A DNA stretch of 41,833 nt from a virus (taxonomy: Duplodnaviria > Caudoviricetes). Positions 36,122-41,833 of this stretch are shown here, one piece after another (the stretch's first letter is position 1; each line of letters opens with the position of its first letter). Location of the stretch: positions 1 to 41,833 of the IMG/VR virus record IMGVR_UViG_3300034411_000160, one strand, 5' to 3'. The notes beneath the pieces are model-generated. The model was not told where the DNA came from. It ran no database searches and saw only the letters and a list, made by a program, of their open reading frames with translations. The position numbers and the translations under genes are program-made.

Positions 36122-36284
36122 TTTATTAATATCCATATGTTGTGCATCGCGTCCCACTCAGATACAATATCTGGGCAGGACGCTTAATCTAACCACGCTC
36201 ATGTCCCAACAGGCGGCGGTTGTTTATTGGTGAAGCGCTACCAAATTGCGCCACAGTTTCGAACGCTAACCGCGTCCTGCACGA

Positions 36285-36671
36285 TCACCCTTTCATCGCC
36301 TTGCCTGTCTTCATGTAGACAAACATTCGCTTACCTTGCGTCATGTTGAGCTTGTTCAAGTAGCCTTCGTCGCACATCGCGCTGACATAATTTGCTACCT
36401 TCTGCGGCGTCGTTCCCAGTCGGTCAGCAATCACGGGCGTAGCAACTACTTCGCCCACCTCGATTGCATTAAGCACAAGCTCGTACGTAACCTTACGAAA
36501 TTCATCTCGCGCCTCCCTCTTCTCGGCGGCTGTCTGATCCAGCGCTGCCTTTCGCATCATGCAAGGAAGGGGTGGACGCAGACCTTTCTTGGCCTGCATC
36601 TTTTCGAACGCCATCAAATTCTTGGCGTAGATTTCCTCGTACGTATAGCTGCTCTTAACCATTGCGATCAT
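36285..36671 (-). CDS. Winged-HTH protein
   Basis: ATPVIADRLGTTPQKVANYVSAMCDEGYLNK. Confidence 0.6.
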   Translation of the reverse strand: MIAMVKSSYTYEEIYAKNLMAFEKMQAKKGLRPPLPCMMRKAALDQTAAEKREARDEFRKVTYELVLNAIEVGEVVATPVIADRLGTTPQKVANYVSAMCDEGYLNKLNMTQGKRMFVYMKTGKAMKG

Positions 36672-36834
36672 TTCCTCTCAGGTTCTTGTTGACCAGATCG
36701 ACTAAGCCCAACAGCTCGTCCATGTCGTACTTGCGCGGGTGTCCCATGGCTTTGAACTCAAGCCGCAAGTTTTCGACCTTCGTATTCATACGCTTCAATG
36801 CGTTCACGACCTCTACTGGGTTCTTAATATACAT
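36655..36834 (-). CDS. 59-aa hypothetical protein (not in the ORF track)
   Basis: GAGGA RBS. MYIKNPVEVVNALKRMNTKVENLRLEFKAMGHPRKYDMDELLGLVDLVNKNLRGNDRNG fills the operon gap. Confidence 0.5.
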   Translation of the reverse strand: MYIKNPVEVVNALKRMNTKVENLRLEFKAMGHPRKYDMDELLGLVDLVNKNLRGNDRNG

Positions 36835-36839
36835 GCCTG

Positions 36840-37226
36840 TTATCCTCGCTTGTAAAATATGTGGTTTCCAACTTGCCTTACGCGGACATAGCTTGTCGTC
36901 CAGTATGGCTTCACGTAGTCGGCGTGGTAGTGAGTGACGCCGCCACCCACTACGAACATGTCCTTATCGCGCAATGCGTATTCGGCTATGTGCTTCGCTC
37001 GACCCCAAGCCTGTTCGTCTTTTGGGGTGTCGCTCTTTCCATCGTGCGTCCACGAAAATTGCTTGCGTTGCCACACGACATCGCACACGTTGTCGGGATA
37101 CCTCTCGCTCTTCACTCGATTGAGTGTGACTTCAGCCACGGCGAGTTGTCCCAACATATCCTCTGACCTCGCCTCGAAATATACGTTCATAGCTAGGCAA
37201 AGCACTGCTTGTGTTAGTACGGGCAC
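36840..37226 (-). CDS. SleB-like cell wall hydrolase (Hydrolase_2)
   Basis: CLAMNVYFEARSE, GQLAVAEVTLNRV, YPDNVCDVVWQ, QFSW, THYHADYVKPYW and GNHIFY. Confidence 0.9.
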   Translation of the reverse strand: MPVLTQAVLCLAMNVYFEARSEDMLGQLAVAEVTLNRVKSERYPDNVCDVVWQRKQFSWTHDGKSDTPKDEQAWGRAKHIAEYALRDKDMFVVGGGVTHYHADYVKPYWTTSYVRVRQVGNHIFYKRG

Positions 37227-37452
37227 GGATGTAATCCTCCTTTAGATGGGGTAATTTTTCATCGACCAAGCACATCACGCGCTTGATCTTTTCTTCATCG
37301 GCGTGGCGTACGCGCTTTGATCGGATGACGTACGCCACATGCCACCACCAGGTATAAGGACGCCATTCGTCAGCGAGCCTATACCAGTCACGCTTGATGC
37401 GTGGCTTGACCTTCGGATCAAACTTGGTGGGTAGTTTAAGATCACGCCGCAT
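37132..37452 (-). CDS. Basic hypothetical protein
   Basis: ATG 37452 overlaps the stop of the vWA gene and the ORF fills the operon gap. Confidence 0.45.
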   Translation of the reverse strand: MRRDLKLPTKFDPKVKPRIKRDWYRLADEWRPYTWWWHVAYVIRSKRVRHADEEKIKRVMCLVDEKLPHLKEDYIRARTNTSSALPSYERIFRGEVRGYVGTTRRG

Positions 37453-39271
37453 GAGCGTGACCTTCGGTAATGAGAAGACGCTCGATGCCACCGAGCAATG
37501 TCTTGCCCAGATGTTCGAAGTCAGTCATGACAACATGCTCTCCAAACATTTCTCTCATTGATTTTTCTCTTGCACTGATGCCTATGCCATAGACCTCAAT
37601 GCCGCCGTCGCGCATGGCCTTCGTATGCTTGGCGACCATCTCAATTTCGCCTCGATGGCTCCCATCTGGATCACCATCCGTTAGGAATAGGCAGACCCTA
37701 CGCGGCTCTGTCCATCCAGACATGATACGTGAAACGCTTGTGATGCTGGCGTACGTAGGTGTGCCGCCGCCCACAGGCAGAAACTGAAACACCTCGTTGA
37801 TCTTCCGCCAGCTCTCACTCGCTTTCTTGTGGTACACAATGCTTGTCTGTTCTTGGAAGGTGTCTTCAGCGTTGCGAAGGTCTAGCCCACTCCATTCAAC
37901 AATGTCGTACTTGATACCAGCGCGGCCAAGGCATGAGTTGAGCGCAAGCACCGCTCGTATAGTCGCTTCCTCGTACATGCTGCTCGACCCATCGACAGCG
38001 ATCATCAGGCGCGTCTCGCTTGTCTTCGTAATGCTGGGTCTCGTGAACACGTTGTCGTTACCAGCGACAAGCTGGCTCAACCGCCGACGATCAATGCGAC
38101 CGCTTGAGTATCCACCCTCGTTACGACGATCCTCTTGCGCCAATAACAATCTAGCAAGCCGAGCACTGTACTGGCGTACATCGTCGGGCATACCCTCGCG
38201 GCACTGGGTGGTCAGATTTTTATCAACATCACCCCGCATTCTCCAATAGGGAGTGAGATAGTTGTCGTTGATCAGCTTGCGACTGCCCCGCGTGTTGGGT
38301 TCTGAGTTGATGATGTCGTGGTAGTATTTCCACAGTTCATCATGGGTTGGAAACACAAGCGATAGGTTCTCGCACACGCTGCTATTGCCGCTATTGTACT
38401 TACCAAACACATCACTCATTGCGTCGTCGGCTCGTTGTTGAGCGGCTCCAATATCGAAGCCGTCGTCATCGCCGTCGCCGTCTTCGTCGTCGCCGTCGCC
38501 TTTCGTACCGCCCTCGTCATCGCCGTCATCGCCTTCGCCGCTATCGCCATCGGCTTGACCTTCGCCTTCCTCCGTAGCGTCGCCTTGTCCTTGCTGCTGC
38601 TGTTCCTCCTGCTCCTCTTCCTGTTCGGGTGTCCCGAGCTTATCCATGCGCCGCTTCATTGAGCGAGCGACCTTGAGCGCATCGTTGCTGCTTTCTGCGG
38701 CGATCATACGCTTGGCAAACTTGCGAGCCTCGCGAGCCAGTTCTTTCGGTAAGCCCTTTACGTACTCGTCAAGCTCCTCGCTTTCGTACCCCATGTCCTT
38801 GCGTGCTTGCTGCAACGCGGCGTACGGTATCTCCTTCCACCACCGTTCCCTGTTGCACTGCGGATCATCGGGGTTGGCACGACGAAACTCATTCTCGCTG
38901 CCGAGTACGTGGTTGATCGTTTCCTGTAGGTTCTTGCGAGCACCCGCGTATTTCTCCATTGCCTTGCGCTCGATGAACACATCCTCTGCGCAGTTCCAGA
39001 TGTCCTTGATCTTCTGGATGCCGCGCTTCTTGAACACACCAAAGTCGGTGTCGGTCACATGACTGACCTCATGTATATGGTAGCCTCGCATGATTGCCTG
39101 ATGGGTGGGATCAAGCTCCGCTGTCATGTCCATTGCTGGCACGTTGATCGTCGTGCCGTTGGTGAATGCACCTGTACCTTGAAACGTGGTTCGTACATCT
39201 TTGTTGCCCATGATCCGTGATAGCTTGTCTAGCTCTGTGGCGAGGGCGCTGACTGAATTTTGTGAAAACAT
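37442..39271 (-). CDS. CobT-like protein: HExxH N-domain, acidic linker, vWA (MIDAS) domain
   Basis: HIHEVSH, WNCAEDVFIE, D/E/G-rich linker, SGRID, VDGSSSM (DxSxS), GGTPT and LTDGDP. Confidence 0.8.
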   Translation of the reverse strand: MFSQNSVSALATELDKLSRIMGNKDVRTTFQGTGAFTNGTTINVPAMDMTAELDPTHQAIMRGYHIHEVSHVTDTDFGVFKKRGIQKIKDIWNCAEDVFIERKAMEKYAGARKNLQETINHVLGSENEFRRANPDDPQCNRERWWKEIPYAALQQARKDMGYESEELDEYVKGLPKELAREARKFAKRMIAAESSNDALKVARSMKRRMDKLGTPEQEEEQEEQQQQGQGDATEEGEGQADGDSGEGDDGDDEGGTKGDGDDEDGDGDDDGFDIGAAQQRADDAMSDVFGKYNSGNSSVCENLSLVFPTHDELWKYYHDIINSEPNTRGSRKLINDNYLTPYWRMRGDVDKNLTTQCREGMPDDVRQYSARLARLLLAQEDRRNEGGYSSGRIDRRRLSQLVAGNDNVFTRPSITKTSETRLMIAVDGSSSMYEEATIRAVLALNSCLGRAGIKYDIVEWSGLDLRNAEDTFQEQTSIVYHKKASESWRKINEVFQFLPVGGGTPTYASITSVSRIMSGWTEPRRVCLFLTDGDPDGSHRGEIEMVAKHTKAMRDGGIEVYGIGISAREKSMREMFGEHVVMTDFEHLGKTLLGGIERLLITEGHAHAA

Positions 39272-39300
39272 TTGTGTCTCCTATGAGAGTTGAGAGTTGA

Positions 39301-40878
39301 TTAAGATTGAGTAGTGATGCGATCCATGATGCCAGTGACCGCGATTGCATCGCCTTCATCGACCGTTAGCATCACGTTCATTTGCAAGGCGCGGCGTACC
39401 GCATCGTTGCATCCGATACGTTCCTCCAAGTTGGACACATACTTGCCGATAACCTTGGTGTTGCGGGGTGATATGGGGGTAGCAATCGTACCGTCGAGGA
39501 AGCCCATGCGGTACACGCCGACGAACTCTTCGATCATCGCCGCCGCATTATCGCTCAGAGATGGAGCGGCAACGCGCACCAGCTTCATCTCGTCCGCAAT
39601 GTTAAGGTACTTCACATCTACGAAGGTACTGAACCGATTGATAAGCGCACGAGACTGAACCTTTACTGCACTTGCGTACATGCCAGAGCTGTCACCAGCA
39701 CCAGTCGTGTTGGCTGTCGCAACAATGTGGAAGTCCATGTGTGGGTGAACCACGCGACCGCCATCTTCCAACATACGCAAGGGCTGACCTTCGAGCACTG
39801 GCTGCATCACGTATGCAATGTCAGCACGTACTGCATCTATCTCGTCGAGCAACAACACGCATGGTTGCTGCATCGCCTTGGGCAAGATGCCATCCTTGAA
39901 CTGTGTCACGGTGTTGCCATCCGCGTCAGTCATGACCGCCATCGAACCCACAAAGTCGGGGCGTTCAATCGCGCTGTCCATGTTGACGCGGATCATCATG
40001 TAGCCAGTGAAGGCACACACTTGAGCAATGAAGGTGGACTTGCCTGTACCAGTGTGACCTGTGAGCCAACTGTTCTCGCCGTTCTCCAATGCCCACAACA
40101 CATCGTGCAGATTGTCCACGTTGAATATGTAGTCTTCGTCTTTGGCTGGCACCAAGGGATTTGCGCCGCTCCATTCGTACGTGTTGATCTCGAAGTTAAG
40201 CAGCGGGTGTTGAAGGCCGAACACATCTTGAGCGTTCTTGCGTACAGGAGCACCGAACGGTATCTCACCCGACGCCTCGATAGCAGGAAGCGCAATCGCA
40301 TCTGGCTTCTTACGCAGTGTCACCACCTCGTCGAGCAACGCTTGCAAGTCTTCCATCTCGCCGCCTGTAGCAGCACGAAGCAGCACGTTGGCAGCAGCAG
40401 CGATGTCGGGTTTCACATCGTACGCACCCGACACCTCGACCACGGCCTCGTCACCTTCGTCTTCGACGGCCTCGACCTCCGAGCTGTCTTGACGCGAGAC
40501 GTATATCGTATCCAATTCGGGCGTCACATCTACGAACGGCCAGTTGAGAATGCAATCGGGGTCGTTGTTCGCAAACTCATTCGCGAAAAGTAGCAGCGCA
40601 GAGGCGTAGTCCATACTGTTCATGTAGTTTATGAGCATCGCCAGTGACGGCACGTTCATGCGATCAAGTATCTGAGATTTGCTTACGCTTTTCATTGCGC
40701 GCGACTTCGGGTGGTCTCCGTTCACAAGCGGCGAGTTGTCAGCAGTGTCCACGATAGTTTCCCACTCCAATTCGAAGCGGTGGGTTTCATTTACGATATA
40801 CGTGCGCAGAATTTTCTGAGCATCGCGTGCATTGTTATCGTCGAGGATTGATTGAACATTAAGATTTAAGTTTGACAT
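39301..40878 (-). CDS. CobS/MoxR-like AAA+ ATPase with an N-terminal extension
   Basis: Walker A GHTGTGKST, IRVNMD, FKDGILPKAM, Walker B LLLDEID, ATANT, LINRF and ISPR. GAGGT RBS before ATG 40878. Confidence 0.85.
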   Translation of the reverse strand: MSNLNLNVQSILDDNNARDAQKILRTYIVNETHRFELEWETIVDTADNSPLVNGDHPKSRAMKSVSKSQILDRMNVPSLAMLINYMNSMDYASALLLFANEFANNDPDCILNWPFVDVTPELDTIYVSRQDSSEVEAVEDEGDEAVVEVSGAYDVKPDIAAAANVLLRAATGGEMEDLQALLDEVVTLRKKPDAIALPAIEASGEIPFGAPVRKNAQDVFGLQHPLLNFEINTYEWSGANPLVPAKDEDYIFNVDNLHDVLWALENGENSWLTGHTGTGKSTFIAQVCAFTGYMMIRVNMDSAIERPDFVGSMAVMTDADGNTVTQFKDGILPKAMQQPCVLLLDEIDAVRADIAYVMQPVLEGQPLRMLEDGGRVVHPHMDFHIVATANTTGAGDSSGMYASAVKVQSRALINRFSTFVDVKYLNIADEMKLVRVAAPSLSDNAAAMIEEFVGVYRMGFLDGTIATPISPRNTKVIGKYVSNLEERIGCNDAVRRALQMNVMLTVDEGDAIAVTGIMDRITTQS

Positions 40879-40902
40879 TTGATACCTCATGGTTGTCAGG
40901 TT

Positions 40903-40935
40903 GTAGTGTATCTGACACAACGTACGATGTGTCAA
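40903..40935 (-). promoter_or_regulatory. Leftward promoter TTGACA-N17-GATACA with operator-like box 6 and a 22-bp palindrome
   Basis: Box GTAGTGTATCTGACACA (40903-40919) and palindrome TGACACAACGTACGATGTGTCA (40913-40934). Confidence 0.6.
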
Positions 40936-41046
40936 GTTTAATCTGCGGACAGCAGAAAGTAGACCGCAGCGGGATGCTGCAATCTATAGCTCTAACCTCC
41001 TCGACTGATCTTCGATCAGTCGGTCGGGCGTACGTGTAGAGATTGA

Positions 41047-41409
41047 TTAGTGGACTGTGCGCTTACGCATTTCCCAGATTGAGGAAATACCATCCTCGTC
41101 CGTGACGGGTACAACGATGATTGCGTTTCCGTCCTGCGACTTGGTGATTTCGTACAGACCTTGGACATCTTCATAGTCGTCGCTGGTCTCGTCGAACTCG
41201 CCAGTCACGATCATGTCGAATGGTTCTTTCTTGTTCGCTAGTACGAACAAGGCGGTGTATTCAGTGGCGTCAAACATTTCCAGGCTCGGGGCCAGGTCGT
41301 GTGTGATTGTGCGTGCTATCATGTCATACGCTGTTTCACTGTCGCACTTTCGTACGAACACGCATGAGCTGCCACCGTTGTCAGCGAATACGAATAATGC
41401 AGGCTTCAT
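41047..41409 (-). CDS. Hypothetical early protein
   Basis: AAGGAG RBS, 120 aa, acidic. Confidence 0.6.
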   Translation of the reverse strand: MKPALFVFADNGGSSCVFVRKCDSETAYDMIARTITHDLAPSLEMFDATEYTALFVLANKKEPFDMIVTGEFDETSDDYEDVQGLYEITKSQDGNAIIVVPVTDEDGISSIWEMRKRTVH

Positions 41410-41470
41410 GTTATTCTCCTTGGTTGCCTACATGCTACTCCGTGGATGCGGGTTGATCGTCCTTTCGTCT

Positions 41471-41722
41471 TCAATGTTCTGGCTGGACGCATTCCGAAGC
41501 GTCAGGGAACAGTCCTTGCAATTCCAAGAACTGATCGTCAGCAGCGCCTTGAGAATTGAACTCACGTTCGTACAGGATTTCGATTTGTCCTGTCTGCTCC
41601 AGACGAAGGTGCAACTCCACGTCCCAACTGTCTGCTTCCTCCATCGTGGGTGAAAGCGTATCACCAGACATGCCGAACATGCACAGCTCCAATTCCCATT
41701 CGATTGCTTTGGGTGCGTTCAT
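41471..41722 (-). CDS. Hypothetical early protein
   Basis: GAGGAGG RBS, 83 aa, acidic. Confidence 0.55.
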   Translation of the reverse strand: MNAPKAIEWELELCMFGMSGDTLSPTMEEADSWDVELHLRLEQTGQIEILYEREFNSQGAADDQFLELQGLFPDASECVQPEH

Positions 41723-41833
41723 TTGATGTCCTCCTCGTAACGAACTTCGCCGTACCTTTCATATATGTATAGGTTGATACGGTCGGCTAAACGGGATGCG
41801 AGACGGTCGCACATCACTCTAATTTTTTTCATG

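Larger units (their letters stand above)
1..41833. mobile_element. Temperate podovirus-like phage genome segment (unintegrated/attP form)
   Basis: Capsid, tail, ejection, replication, lysis and integrase modules. Phage-type genes lie on both sides of the att-like tRNA fragment and no host housekeeping genes are seen. Confidence 0.93.

Noticed and set aside
36139-36169. Additional operator boxes (GTTGTGCATC..., TCAGATACAATA)
   Set aside because: Only half-site matches, too degenerate to call without a PWM.
39727-40593. Long antisense ORFs (e.g. 288 aa here, 15054-15641, 20439-21002, 24617-25201)
   Set aside because: They are shadows of well-supported genes on the opposite strand and show no recognisable motifs.
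37442-40878. Cobalamin auxiliary metabolic genes
   Set aside because: No cobN or pathway genes. Phage CobS/CobT-like pairs are better treated as generic MoxR-vWA systems.

Overview
The whole window looks like one stretch of a temperate, short-tailed (podovirus-like) dsDNA phage genome. The host is probably an alphaproteobacterium (Roseobacter-like), judged from the tRNA-Ser fragment, the apparent GANTC avoidance and the gene types. 1-23436 (+): late structural operon with scaffold, SU10/DUF5309-type major capsid, adaptor, nozzle, tail fibre, a GNAT and internal/ejection proteins, ending in a ~3137-aa polyvalent-type protein. 23433-26425 (-): recombination module (DUF6378, Cas4-like exonuclease, SSB, Sak4-like ATPase). 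26529-32579 (+): Cro-like HTH, Prim-Pol/helicase, candidate origin, HTH-zinc finger, resolvase, small proteins and lysis cassette. 32618-34895: HTH, LuxR-type HTH, tyrosine integrase and an attP made of the 5' half of tRNA-Ser(GCT) with its own promoter. 35736-41833 (-): early operon with a CobS/CobT-like AAA+/vWA pair and a SleB-like hydrolase. Terminase, portal, DNA/RNA polymerase and a CI repressor were not seen. The strongest unexplained signals are (1) about 5-fold over-representation of the palindrome CGTACG, (2) five copies of a GGACGAC-type late promoter, (3) six copies of a 17-bp operator-like box, and (4) the 5'-half tRNA attP flanked by a 13-bp inverted repeat. All counts were made by eye and all family calls come from recognised motifs, not database searches.
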